A stretch of 64,000 bases of DNA from Blastocystis sp. Blastoise (lineage: Eukaryota > Protista > Bigyra: Opalinata). The notes under the pieces are model-generated. The model did not search any database and was not told where the DNA came from. It was given only the letters and a program-made list of their open reading frames with translations. Location: contig JBBPEB010000032.1 of NCBI GenBank assembly GCA_039096225.1, positions 1 through 64,000 of the forward strand. The letters run 5' to 3'. Made by a program: the position numbers and the translations under genes. Shown here in pieces: positions 1-16,720 of the stretch; the first letter of the stretch is position 1; the number at the start of each line of letters is the position of its first letter.

Positions 1-336
1 TATTTTATTATTATTCTATTCTATTATTATTTTATTCTATTATTATTCTATTATTATTATATTCTATTATTCTATTTATTATTATTATTCTATTTATTAT
101 TCTATTTATTATTATTATTATTCTTTTTATTCATTTATTCAAATTTTTTTTTATTTATTTATTTTATTTATTTATTTATTTTTATATTAAAAATCTAACC
201 CTAACCTAAAAATTATTTTATATTAACCCTAATCTATTATTTTAATATTCAATTTAACCCTAATCTATTATTTTTTTATATTAAATCTAAAACCATTATT
301 TTATATTAAACCTAACACTAACCCTAAACCCTAACC
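1..336. repeat. G-free low-complexity tract with degenerate telomere-like CCCTAA/CCTAA units (about 196-336)
   Basis: No G on the + strand from 1 to 347. (TATT/TATTC)n in 1-190, then ctaaccctaacctaaa, aaccctaatc twice, and aacctaacactaaccctaaaccctaacc directly abutting coding sequence. Confidence 0.7.
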
Positions 337-3300
337 AATCTTCTATTGTTTGGGATGATTCTAAAGCTGATAAATTATTTGATTCTAATTATAATACTCG
401 TTTTGCTACTTGGTTTAGAGCTTCTAATCCTGCTCCTCAATGGGGTGCTGGTAATCTTCAGAATTGGTCTTATGAAGTATTTAATAAATATTGTCTCGTT
501 AGTAATTTTGATGCTCCTCAAAGTGATCCTAAGAAGATTACTCTTTCTGCTTCTACTGGTAGTTGGGATAAAACTGCTTTTGAAATTATTGATGCTCAAG
601 AAAACATTGTATTTGATGGAAGATCTCAACGTATTTGTTTCTATATGCCTACTGTTACTAAAGCTTATAATATTTTCAAGATTTCTACTCTTGAAACTAA
701 TGTTGCTCCTCCTGATAATGATAGATTTTATCTTGCTGAATTAGAATTCTTCTTAATTGATTTCAATAAACTTACTATTCCTCCTCTTGATTATTCTGCT
801 TCTTCTGTTACTGGTTATACTAATTCTCAAATTACTTCTTTATATCCTACTTCTGAATATTATAGACAATTTACTACTACTCCTGCTCTTCCTGCTGGTA
901 TAACTCTTTCTGCTTCTACTGGTATTATTTCTGGTACTCCTACTGCTCCTTCTTCTGGTACTTATACTATTTCTGCTACTGGTATTACTGGTACTGCTAC
1001 TACTGTTAGTGTTACTATTACTATTCAAAATTGTGCTTTACCTAATGTTTTCTTTAAGGTAGTTTTCACTGGTATGGATGATGGTAATGCTTATCAAAAT
1101 AGTTTCTCTCTTAATAATATGGCTGGACAAGTTGTTGATAAATTAGATGCTTTCCCTAATTATTCGTCTATTGATTTAATTCGTGGTTATTGTCAACCTT
1201 CTGGTATCTATTCTCTTATTTTAAAGGATTCTTTCAGAGATGGTTGGAATAATGCTAAAGTTACTGTTTATAATTATGATGATATTATTATTCTTCAAGA
1301 TACTCTTCTTTCTGGTGAATCTCCTAAGACTTTATATATTAACGTTAACTATTTAGTTGCTTTTGGTCAAAGTTCTTGGAAGTATACTTCTACTGTTCAA
1401 TCTGGTACTGCTTGGGCTGCTACTACTTTCAGTGATGCTACTTGGTCTACTGCTCAAGCTGGTTCTTTCACTGGTTTAACTGGTACTACTGTTTATTATA
1501 GAACTACTTTTACTGTTAATAATCTTGAACAATTCTCTCTTTATGAATTATCTCTTAAGATTAAGGCTGGTATTATTGCTTATATTAATGGTAAAGAAGT
1601 TTATAGATATGCTGTTCCCACTACTGGTGTTACTTCTTCTACTTTAGCTAGTAGTGAATTTGCTAATGTAACTACTGTTACTTCTTCTGAATCTGCTCAA
1701 TATGGTAGTTTAGTTGCTGGTCAAAATGTTTTAGCTGTTGAGATTCATAGATATAGTGATGTACAAGAAACTACTTTTGATGCTCAAGTTGTTCTTCAAT
1801 TAACTGGTGCTAACAGAGTTTCTGGTGGTAGTGTTAAGACTAATGTTCCTGGATATAATACTGATCAATATCATGAAACTGAAGATATGGCTTTTGATGG
1901 AAATATTAATACTCGATATTATGGTAAGGGCTGTGGTCAATCTATTTGGTTAGAATATATTTATAATTATAATTGTAAAGAATATGTTTCTTCTGTTTCT
2001 GTTTCTCGTGCTTCTAATGGTAATCGTCAACCAACTGCTTTCATTTTATCTGCTTCTAATGATGGTATTAACTATATTACTCTTACTGGTGATTTCAATA
2101 TGACTTTTGGTGATTATATATCTTCTGCTGGTACTAGAACATATGATTTCTTTAATAAGGTTGCTTATAATAGATATAGATTCACTTTTGATATTCGTTC
2201 TTGTTCTGAAGGTGTAGAAATTGCTGAATTAGCACTTACATCTAAGAGAATTGGTACTACTTGTCCTGCTGAAGGTTCTTATAGTGAAACTATTGAAGGT
2301 GGCTATTCATTCCAAGAATGTCCTACTGGTTATACTGGTATTCAAAGAAGATTATGTAATGATGGTGTATTTGGTGATGTTGAATTCTTTTGTACTGTCG
2401 TTGCTCCGATAGACCTTTCTTATACTGCTTCTCCCTTTATTTATCATAAAAATATACCTGTTTCTCTTTCTCCTATTATAGTTGGTGCTGAATTGACATA
2501 TACTATTGATCCAGCTCTTCCTAATGGTCTTACTATTAATCAAATTAATGGTGTTATTTCTGGTACACCTACTACTTATTCTGATATTACTACTTATACT
2601 ATTACTGCTACGAATACAGCAGGTTCTGTTTCTACTACTATCATGATTTTTATAGATTTAGTTTTATGTACTTCTGAAGATAATTGGCCTCTTACTGAAA
2701 TTGGTCAAGAAGCTTCATTACCTTGTGAAGATCCTATTAATTATGAAGGATCAAGAACAAGATCTTGTCAACCTGGTTATCCTGCTGTTTGGGGTTCTAT
2801 TATTAATAATTGTGAATTAAGAATGCCAAGTATAATATATACAGTACCTACAACAATTGGATATAAGAATGTTCCTATTACACCTAATACTGCTCTTATT
2901 ACTGGAAGTAATTTAAATTCTCTTACTATATCTCCTTCTCTTCCTGATGGATTATTATTTAATCCTACTACTGGATTAATTTATGGTACACCCAAAACTT
3001 CTTCTTCTAATACTTATACTATTACTGTATCTAATTCAAGAGGAGAATCAACTGCTACTATTACTATTATTATTAGTATTATTTCATGTGTTGCTGAAAA
3101 TGGTTGGTCTGCTACAGAAATTGGCCAACAAATCACATTACCTTGTGAAGATCCTATTAATTATGAAGGATTTAGAACAAGATTATGTAAACTTGGTTAT
3201 CCTGCTATTTGGGATACTGTTATTAATAATTGTGAATTAAAGATGCCTTCAATTTCTTATAATACTAATGAAATTATTGGATATAAAAATATTGCTATTA

Positions 3301-4637
3301 CTCCAATTATGGCTTCTATTACAGGTGGTAATTTGAATCCTATTACTATATCTCCTTCTCTTCCTGATGGATTATCATTTAATCCTACTACTGGATTAAT
3401 TTATGGTATTCCTACTTCTGATTCTTCTAATAGTTATACTATTACTATTTCTAATTCAAGAGGAGAATCTACTGCTACTATTACTATTACGATAAGTATT
3501 ATTTCTTGTGTTGCTGAAAATGGTTGGTCTATGACTGAAATTGGTAACCAAATTACATTACCTTGTGAAGATCCTATTAATTATGAAGGATTTAGAACAA
3601 GATTATGTAAACTTGGTTATCCTGCTATTTGGGATACTGTTATTAATAATTGTGAATTAAAGATGCCTTCAATTTCTTATAATACTAATGAAATTATTGG
3701 ATATAAAAATATTGCTATTACTCCTATTATGGCTTCTATTACAGGTGGTAATTTGAATCCTTTTACAATATCTCCTTCTCTTCCTGATGGATTATCTTTT
3801 AATACTCAAAATGGTTTGATATATGGTATTCCTACTTCTGATTCTTCTAATAGTTATACTATTACTATTTCTAATTCAAGAGGAGAATCTACTGCTACTA
3901 TTACTATTACGATAAGTATTGTCTATTGTCCTTCTGATGATATTTGGCCTATTACAGAAAGAGGTATAACTGCTTATATTGAATGTCCTTTAGGTCAGTC
4001 AGGTATTCAAAGTCGTGTTTGTCAAAATACAGGTGTTGGTACTGCTTCTTGGCAAATTGCTGATAATTCTGAATGTTATGTATTTGCTGCCAGCGAAAAT
4101 CCAGGTGATAATAAAGTATTTATTGATATTCCTATAAAACTTGAAGGATTAACTGAAACTGCTTTTAATACTCCTTCTACTACTGAAACCTTTAGAACAC
4201 TTATTGTTCAATCTCTTACTAGTTATTCTATTCCTTCTTCTACTGTAAAGATTATTAGTGTTTCTAGTATATCTACTTATTCTGATGGTGTTTCAGTTAA
4301 TGTAAGAATAACTGCTAATGAATCTGATGAAGATAATATAAAGAATGATATAAATACTTTATTTACTGGTATTGATTCTATTCTTCTTAATGCATGTAAA
4401 ACAAGTAATGATTCTAATCTTCAAAATATTACTAATACTTCAATTAATGGAAAAATAGTATCAACAGGTAATTCTCTTTCAATTACAACAATTATTCTTA
4501 TTGTTGTTATTGTAATTCTTATTGTACTTTTGATATTATTATTTGTTCTAAAAAATATAAAGAAAGAAAAGAAATTACAACCTCACAAAAAAATAGAAGT
4601 TGAAACTGTAAAAGTTGAAAAACCTGTTACGTTATAA
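336..4637 (+). CDS. Large type I surface protein, 5'-truncated: discoidin/galactose-binding-like domains, putative-Ig (He_PIG-like) repeats, Cys-rich HRM-like repeats, SEA-like module, C-terminal TM helix
   Basis: The ORF 645..4637 frame stays open and coding-like back to about 336 (QSSIVWDDSKADKLFDSNYNTRF...). Motifs: LP.G(I/L)..N..TG.I.GTPT repeats; C...W..T..G....LPC......G.R.R.C.......W......C repeats; TM IILIVVIVILIVLLILLFVL followed by a basic tail. Paralogous to 35563-42716 but lacks its N-terminal part and signal peptide. Confidence 0.8.
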   Translation, partial: QSSIVWDDSKADKLFDSNYNTRFATWFRASNPAPQWGAGNLQNWSYEVFNKYCLVSNFDAPQSDPKKITLSASTGSWDKTAFEIIDAQENIVFDGRSQRICFYMPTVTKAYNIFKISTLETNVAPPDNDRFYLAELEFFLIDFNKLTIPPLDYSASSVTGYTNSQITSLYPTSEYYRQFTTTPALPAGITLSASTGIISGTPTAPSSGTYTISATGITGTATTVSVTITIQNCALPNVFFKVVFTGMDDGNAYQNSFSLNNMAGQVVDKLDAFPNYSSIDLIRGYCQPSGIYSLILKDSFRDGWNNAKVTVYNYDDIIILQDTLLSGESPKTLYINVNYLVAFGQSSWKYTSTVQSGTAWAATTFSDATWSTAQAGSFTGLTGTTVYYRTTFTVNNLEQFSLYELSLKIKAGIIAYINGKEVYRYAVPTTGVTSSTLASSEFANVTTVTSSESAQYGSLVAGQNVLAVEIHRYSDVQETTFDAQVVLQLTGANRVSGGSVKTNVPGYNTDQYHETEDMAFDGNINTRYYGKGCGQSIWLEYIYNYNCKEYVSSVSVSRASNGNRQPTAFILSASNDGINYITLTGDFNMTFGDYISSAGTRTYDFFNKVAYNRYRFTFDIRSCSEGVEIAELALTSKRIGTTCPAEGSYSETIEGGYSFQECPTGYTGIQRRLCNDGVFGDVEFFCTVVAPIDLSYTASPFIYHKNIPVSLSPIIVGAELTYTIDPALPNGLTINQINGVISGTPTTYSDITTYTITATNTAGSVSTTIMIFIDLVLCTSEDNWPLTEIGQEASLPCEDPINYEGSRTRSCQPGYPAVWGSIINNCELRMPSIIYTVPTTIGYKNVPITPNTALITGSNLNSLTISPSLPDGLLFNPTTGLIYGTPKTSSSNTYTITVSNSRGESTATITIIISIISCVAENGWSATEIGQQITLPCEDPINYEGFRTRLCKLGYPAIWDTVINNCELKMPSISYNTNEIIGYKNIAITPIMASITGGNLNPITISPSLPDGLSFNPTTGLIYGIPTSDSSNSYTITISNSRGESTATITITISIISCVAENGWSMTEIGNQITLPCEDPINYEGFRTRLCKLGYPAIWDTVINNCELKMPSISYNTNEIIGYKNIAITPIMASITGGNLNPFTISPSLPDGLSFNTQNGLIYGIPTSDSSNSYTITISNSRGESTATITITISIVYCPSDDIWPITERGITAYIECPLGQSGIQSRVCQNTGVGTASWQIADNSECYVFAASENPGDNKVFIDIPIKLEGLTETAFNTPSTTETFRTLIVQSLTSYSIPSSTVKIISVSSISTYSDGVSVNVRITANESDEDNIKNDINTLFTGIDSILLNACKTSNDSNLQNITNTSINGKIVSTGNSLSITTIILIVVIVILIVLLILLFVLKNIKKEKKLQPHKKIEVETVKVEKPVTL
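2660..3920 (+). repeat. Three tandem 420-bp (140-aa) Cys-repeat + Ig-module duplications inside the surface-protein gene
   Basis: ccttgtgaagatcctattaattatgaagga occurs at 2721, 3141 and 3561 (period 420). Units 2 and 3 are nearly identical at DNA level. Confidence 0.9.
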
Positions 4638-5229
4638 TGCTTTTGTTTATAATTTCATATATATATATATTATTATTTTTTAATAATTATTCATGATTAA
4701 TATAATGATAATTTTTTATTGGTTTTGTTATATAATAGTCATATTAAACATTGATAAAAGTATAGTGAGTTACTTACTTTTCATATAACTATTCATATTA
4801 TTTAAATATTTATTTTTAAATATTTTTTAATAAAAATGATTTTTAGTACAGTGTCTTTCAAAATGATATTTTTTTCTGCGGTACAATTATCATACAAAAT
4901 GTGACACTTTATTAAATTTTTGATGATGAAAATTTTTTACATTTTCTATATAAAGTAATCTACAGTAGTTTTTTATGACAATCACAACAAGTGCCACAAA
5001 ATGTTAGGAAAACATTAATTATCTATTATGATTAAAAGTATTATGTAATAATTATATTGATTATCTTTTATTATTATAATCATATTTAAGAAGCAATTAA
5101 CAAAACCATTTTATATATTAAATCCATTAAGAAAATACTAAGATATATGTATATAATAAAAAAACTTTTTTCAATAAAGAAAAGAAAACAATATAAATAT
5201 ATAAACACATAATAATGTATTATCCTATT

Positions 5230-6806
5230 TTATGCTCTTCCCCAGACTTCATAATCTTCTACTTTATAATTATTTTCAGAATTAGCATAATGTGTATTTA
5301 CAAATAATGATGATTTATGAGGAGTATACCTTTCTGAAAAATAAGATGCTTTACAAGAAGAATTAGTATTACTATGGCATTCATCAGATATATAGATATC
5401 ATGACAATCTCCAAATATTGGACCATAAGAAGAACGACAATATATACTAAATCTTCTATCACTATCAATATAATCATATTGAGTAGGAGAAACATCATGT
5501 TCATTACTTAATGTAAATAGAAATTCTTGAGAATAAGGTTTATTATCTATATAAAATATATTGATTAATTATATATAAATAAATAAATATACGACCTAAA
5601 CCAGATTCCCAATTTTGATCTGTATATCCTCCAAATATATTCATATGATTATTTTTACCTATATGTTTTATTATAGTAGCTGTTTCTCCTTTATTATCAC
5701 AATATCTATGAAATTTGCTTGCTAAGTAATTATGTTCACTTGCTCTATATATATAAGAATAAGAAAACATAATATAAATACCTAAATAATAATTTCCATT
5801 TCTTTTTTTCATCAAGCCAATTCACTAATGGAGTTTCAAAACATTTCTTCTTAATTATCGTTGAATCCACAAATACAGTTGGTATTTCATTCAAATATGT
5901 TTTAGCAGCTTGTCTTCCTTGATCACCAAATACACTATACATTTCATTCTCTAATAAGCTAATATCTATATTTTTACTTCTTCTTTTTTTACATAAAAAT
6001 AGCCACTTTCCATATATTCAGTAATACACTTCATATACTTATAATTCATATTCATAGACATAATATCATTTATATAATCATAATCAACATATCCATTCTT
6101 ATATTTCATTATATAATCATCCCATAAATTATTCTTCATTAAATAATTCTTAATCGTATCATCTTTCTTTTCATTAATATTTAGAGAAACTTCATCACCT
6201 TTTTCATACTGTTTTTGTTTTTCATTTCTTTGTTCTCTGCAATCTAATAATTCTATAGGAATTGGTAAATTACAAAATTCAAATAACTCAAGCAACTTGG
6301 CTTGTTCTCGAAACTCAATATGACTATAATCTACAGCTTTACCATTCAAGTGATCTAGTAAATAATACACGTATCCATCGTTTCCTCGATAGTCAAGGAA
6401 AATATTTCCATCGTTTGTTCTCAATTCTTCTTCAGATTGTTCATAAATATAGGAATAAGGGATCGAATTGATAATTGTTTTCGATAATGAAAATAAAGGA
6501 CCATTTCCAGTGAAAAGAATAAGCTCAGTATCATTAGCATCACTCGAATTCATTATTGTAGTAGTTTTTCCTTTAGTATTATCAAGAAAATGTTTCAATT
6601 TTGAGAATTTATCACTTTTTCTTTGAATACAATCATCATCTAGATTATTAAGAACACCTTGAAGTTTCTCGACAAGAATAAAGAGTCAAAGAAAGGATAG
6701 AAGTGAATCCTTCAACGATCTTCTTCATTAATTTATCTAAACCACTAACAGCTTCTTTAGCTTGATTCAAAGAATCTAAATCAAATAAAACATCTTCTTT
6801 TATCAT
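5230..6806 (-). pseudogene. BTB/POZ-like + TLDc domain gene with three apparent 1-nt frameshifts
   Basis: Starts MIKEDVLFDLDSLN (ATG at 6806) and is colinear with 12754-17509. TLDc motifs: WKLL(F/Y)RASEH, NIFGGYTDQNW, EFLFTLSNEH, YGPIFG, VEDYEVWGRA*. Frame breaks near 6670, 5970 and 5338; the last two lie in homopolymers. Two short introns. Confidence 0.75.
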
Positions 6807-7082
6807 TGTAAATTATGATTAAAATGAAGAAAATAAAAAAAAATGTATTTAAAACTTGCAAAGATATAATCCAAGGAATAAAGCAACATGTCAGCTATTT
6901 TTCATAATTTTCATAATCTATCAAAAAATATTGAATATATATTATTTTGTTTTCTAGATAGCCTTAAGTGATTTTAATTTATTTGAGTAAGCTTTTAGCA
7001 ATTAATTAACATATATTTTATATATACCTGTTTTTTATCATGATTCTTGAACTCATTATGTCATTATAGTTCAATTACTGCC

Positions 7083-11182
<4,100 letters not shown>

Positions 11183-14100
11183 GAATATTTAATTCTTTAT
11201 ATAAATGATTATTTCTAGCTTATATGATTATTTTTTTTTTAATAAATTTCTTGTCTTAATCATTTTTGGTTTATTAATGTATCTATAAAATATATATATT
11301 GTTTTATTAATATTATTTCTTGTTTTATTTTTAAATATTAGTGATTTAATAAAATATTAATTTAGTATTATATGTAAATGATTATTTTATATAATACTAT
11401 TTTGGGATTATTATATATTTAATTCTTTAGTATTCATAAAGGATCAACTTGATAAATATTTCTGCAGAATTCTAATTATCACGATGATATCCTCAACTAT
11501 GGATAAAAACTTTTTTAACGTTGTTTTTAAAAATAGATTAAAATTAATGACTTTCTTGATAAACAAATTAATTAATATAATAAGAAAACCAATAAGTTTT
11601 TACAGTTTATTTTGCTTACTATTTTTTATATAACATTTTTCTATTTAAGAACAGTTACTGAGAAAGTGTTATAAAATAATTAAAACAGATAATTTACTCA
11701 AACATATTTTTCATCTTCAATGTGCATAATAGTTTATAATGAAGTATTAGTATATATATTAAATAAAAATAAAAATGAATCGAATCATAATTGTATTATT
11801 ATATGTATTGTTAAGAAATATATTTTAATCAAAATAAAAAAAGAATAATCGAATATTGGTGTTTCAATTCTTATTAAGATTATTATATATTAAATATTCT
11901 TAATATAGAATATTATTTGAAAATTATACACAAATTATAGGTAAAATAAAACAATATATATTTATTCATGTATCTTTCTATTAATAGACAAGCGACATAT
12001 ATATAATACACATTTTATTATTAATAATTCTTTATTGAATAAAATATCAAAAATACTTATTCTTTATCATATATATATAGATAATTTAGTATCAATAAGA
12101 ATATGATGATATAGATGTCTTAATAAATTATTTTATAAATATAAAGAGAATAAAATAGTGTAAATTTAAAATGGCAGAATAATTAGAAGGAAATAGAAAT
12201 AAAGGAGAGATTTTTGTATCTAAAGACTACAGAAGAGATTATATTTGAGTAATAGAAATATATTGTGTAAATAAAACATAAAAATAGATAAAAATGTATT
12301 ATATTCAGCAGAAATCAGCAATGATTAAAAAGAAAATATAGTTATTCATCTCTAGATAAGCAATAATTAGTATATTTAAATATAAAGATGTATAATAAAT
12401 AAAAATAGAAATGTATCTGTTTAAAAGAAGAGACTTATAAATCAAATTGCAAATTAATCAAGAGATATATACGAATTAAGCATGTCATTATGTCTCTAGC
12501 ATCATCCAGATTTTATATTATTATTCAGTCTTTTATTTAAAACAATCAATTAGATAAAGATCCACAATGTACTTTTTATTTTAAGGAATTCTTAGCAGAT
12601 TCTAGTAGATCCTATTGAGTATTAATTATTTAATATAATATTATTAATTATAAATGAATAATAAGAGAATAATAAAGAAATAAAAAATAATTGAAAAAAT
12701 AAAAATAAACAAGGGGAAACAACTCAATTAATTTAATTATCATTATTTCATTAATGGTGAAAGAAAAAGTGTTATTTGATATTGATAAATTCAATAGATT
12801 GAATGAGGATATCAATGTATATGAAGAATTGATGAAAGATGTAATTAATGTATTTGGATCAGTAATGAATCTTGGAATACATTCTGGAATGTCGATTAAT
12901 AGACTTATAAAACATATTGGAGATGATTGTATTGAAAAAGAAGGAGAAAGAAATGAATTTGAAAAGAAATGTGTTTATGAAAGTAATAATCATGAAGATA
13001 TGAATGTAAATATGTATAATAATAATGATAATGATATGGATTTGATACGATTTACAAATAATGGTCCTGTATTTCAAATATCGAAATCTATTTTAGATAC
13101 CTTAATAGGTTCTTTTATTGAAGAACAACGTGATGAAGAATATAGAACAAGCGATGGGTCTATATATCTTGATTATCCTGGAAATGATGCTTTTATTTAT
13201 TATTTATTAGATTATTTGAATGGAAAGAAAGTAGATTTTGATTCTTTATGTTATGAAGAACAATTAGAACTATTGAATTTATTTGAATTTTGTGGATTAT
13301 TGATTCCTTTAGAATTAATAAATTGTAGAGAAAGAAGAGATACTAAGAAAAAGAAATATGAAGAAGAAGATAAAGTTTCTTTGACTATTAATGAAAAGAA
13401 AAATGATATTATTAAAGAATATTTAATAAAGAATGGATTATGGAATAATTATGTAATGAATTATGATAATGGATTTATTAATTATAATCCTATAGATAAT
13501 GGTTTATATATGAATAAGAAATATGAATATATAGAATATATTACTCAATATGTGAATAATGGAACTATAGATATAGAAGAAGATAAGATAATTGATATTA
13601 ATAAAGAATTATTAGAGAAAGAAATGGTTGAATTATTTGGTGATAAAGGAAAAGAAGAAGCCAAAGAAGCAATGATTCCAGGATGGTTCAAGCAATCAAC
13701 TATTATTGATAAAGAACTTACGAAACCATTAGTTAATTGGCTTGGTAAAGAAAAGAAATGGAAATTATTATTTAGGTATTTATTATTTTATTATATTATA
13801 TCATTGTATATATATAGAGCAAGTGAACATAATTATTCTGCAAGTGAATTCCATAAATATTGTAATAATCAAGGAGAAACAGTTACTCTTATTAAACATA
13901 TAGGTAAAAATAATCATATGAATATATTTGGAGGATATACAGATCAAGATTGGGATAGTTCACGTAGTATATTTATTTTTTATTTAATTATTCAATATCA
14001 TTTATATAGGTTGGAAACCTAATTCTAAAGAATTTCTATTTACTTTAAGTAATGAACATGGTATTCCTCCTACTAAATATGATAATACTAATAGTAGTTC

Positions 14101-14338
14101 TGGTATATGTTGTAGTTCTTCTTACTAGGGTCATGCCGCAGGTCCGGGGCCTAACGGCACCGGACCGCGGCTGCATAAAATAATAACAGTTTGGTTTTTA
14201 TTTTCTTTTTTTCATTATTATATATTATCTATTATATATTATTATTTATTATTTATTATTTATTATCTATTATATATTATTATTTATTATTTATTATCTA
14301 TTATATATTATATATTATATATTATATATTATTATCTA

Positions 14339-14802
14339 TTATATATTATATATTATATATTATATATTATATATTATATATTATATATTATATATTATAT
14401 ATTATATATTATATATTATATATTATATATTATATATTATATATTATATATTATATATTATATATTATATATTATATATTATATATTATATATTATATAT
14501 TATATATTATATATTATATATTATATATTATATATTATATATTATATATTATATATTATATATTATATATTATATATTATATATTATATATTATATATTA
14601 TATATTATATATTATATATTATATATTATATATTATATATTATATATTATATATTATATATTATATATTATATATTATATATTATATATTATATATTATA
14701 TATTATATATTATATATTATATATTATATATTATATATTATATATTATATATTATATATTATATATTATATATTATATATTATATATTATATATTATATA
14801 TT
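14339..14802. repeat. 7-bp (TATATTA)n minisatellite inside Helitron copy 1
   Basis: Homogeneous 7-mer run. It produces the spurious YIIYYIL ORF. Confidence 0.95.
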
Positions 14803-15249
14803 ACTTTAATAACACTTCTTATACTCTATATGGAGAGTTACAATCATTTATTGATTGTAATCAGGTTCAATTCCTGATATAAGAATTAAATAAATTCTTT
14901 AAATGATATCAAAAAAACTAAAAACAATACTTGAAAGAAAATTAAAAAACTATTTTGAATCATTATACATATTATTTATTATTTTTAAAATATATTTTGT
15001 ATTTATTAATAACTAAACAACTGTTTTAAACATTTTGTGAGTTTTTAAAGTCAATAACTTTAGAAATGAGTCACAATGTGAAGAACTCTGAAGTATTTTT
15101 AATTCATAAAATTTATATAAATAAACGTAATATAATGATTTAAACTCATTTTCATACTTTTTAAAAGAATTAGAAAGCTTTAATCATAACAAAGTCAGCA
15201 TTCATTCTAACTTTGACTAATAAAACATGGTTTAAAAAGTTAATATTTC

Positions 15250-16720
15250 TTCAGTTGTCTCAAATACGTATTTTAATCATAAATGACTCGAAAAAGTGAC
15301 TTTTAAAGAGACTTTACCCATTCAAGATCCACTGTATCAAAACAGTTTCCTTCAGTCTTTTGATATAGTATAGAGTTTATCATACTATTTATTAAATAAA
15401 AGTAAATGTTTTGAATCTCTTTCTTAAAGACCCTTTTTGACACATTATGAAAAGTTGACACACTTAAACTCATTTTTATAAGCTAATATTTACATACTAT
15501 ACTCAGTATAGTGTTAGCTACACATTGGTCATCACTTTAAAACATTTTATAAACCTTTTGCATTTGCTCATTTACTTTGACCAAAATATTTTCGTCCCTC
15601 CTTTTGACATAATATAGACTGTGTGGTCTAGTTATATGAAAGTGAGGGGGAATTTTGAATCTCGTCCTCTAAGTCAATCATTTTTACATTTTTCAAAATT
15701 TATACCCCTAAACTTGATATTTTGACTCAACTTTTCTACAGTGTTCCAAAAACACGATTTTGCTCAAACTGAGTGAAAAATATTTTTTCAATAACTCTCA
15801 CAACCCTTTACACATCCACTCTCTAAAAATAGATTTTGCTATATTTTTGATATGTTGTAGAGTGTCTCTTAGTGTATACTGAACAATATCTCGTTTCTTA
15901 AAACTCTCATTTTATGACTCTCTTTGAACATATTATTACTAATTGAAAGGCTTAAACATATTTTTAAAAGCTAATATTTACATAGTAGACTATATATGAC
16001 TCTATAAGCACATTAGTCAACACTTTAGACTTATTAAGAAGACTTTACCATTTGGTCATACACTTTGATCAACATATTTTCGTCCCTTCTTTTAACATAA
16101 TATAGATCATACACTCTAGTTTAATGAATAAACACTCAAATATTGAATCTCGTCCTCTAAGTCACTCATTTTTACATTTTTTTAAATTTAAGACCCTTAG
16201 AGTTGACCTTTTGACTCAATTTTTCTACAGTGCACGAAATTCACGATTTTAAACAAACTAAAGTAAAAATAAATTTTAAATAATAGTCACAACCCTTCAC
16301 ACATCCACTCTCTAAAAATTATTTTCTTTGTACTTTTGATATGTTGTAGAGCTACTACAGCTGTACACTAATTAATATCTCTAAATTTTTTATTCAAAGT
16401 CTAAGACTATGTTTTATACATTTATTTAAATTTGACAACCTTAAACTATTTATTTAAAGCTATTATTCATAAAATAGACTTAATACATGATTCTAAACAC
16501 ATATAGACACCCTTTTACTTTTTAAGACACATTTTGTCATTTGGTCATACACTTTGACCTTCATAATTTTGACTCTCCTTTTGACATCGTATAGAGTATT
16601 ATCTCTAGTTTACTAAATAAAAGTCATTATATTGAATCTCTCACTCTAAGACCACTTAATTCACATTTTTCAAAATTGTGACACTCAAACTCATTATTTT
16701 AAGACTTTGCTTTGACTATA
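15250..16720. repeat. About three diverged ~488-bp tandem units inside Helitron copy 1 (mirrored at about 19480-20950 in copy 2)
   Basis: ttgaatctc occurs at 15655, 16143 and 16632. aagcta(a/t)tatt occurs at 15480, 15968 and 16457. An extra ttgaatctc at 15411 suggests a ~244-bp sub-period. Confidence 0.8.

Noticed and set aside
346-744. Leu-rich ORFs overlapping the surface-protein genes (also 2983-3240, 36679-36867, 40288-40887)
   Set aside because: Shadow frames caused by the strong T-ending codon bias of the real frame.
14191-14877. 228-aa and 232-aa (21318-22016) YIIYYIL-repeat ORFs
   Set aside because: Translation artefacts of the 7-bp satellite inside the Helitrons.
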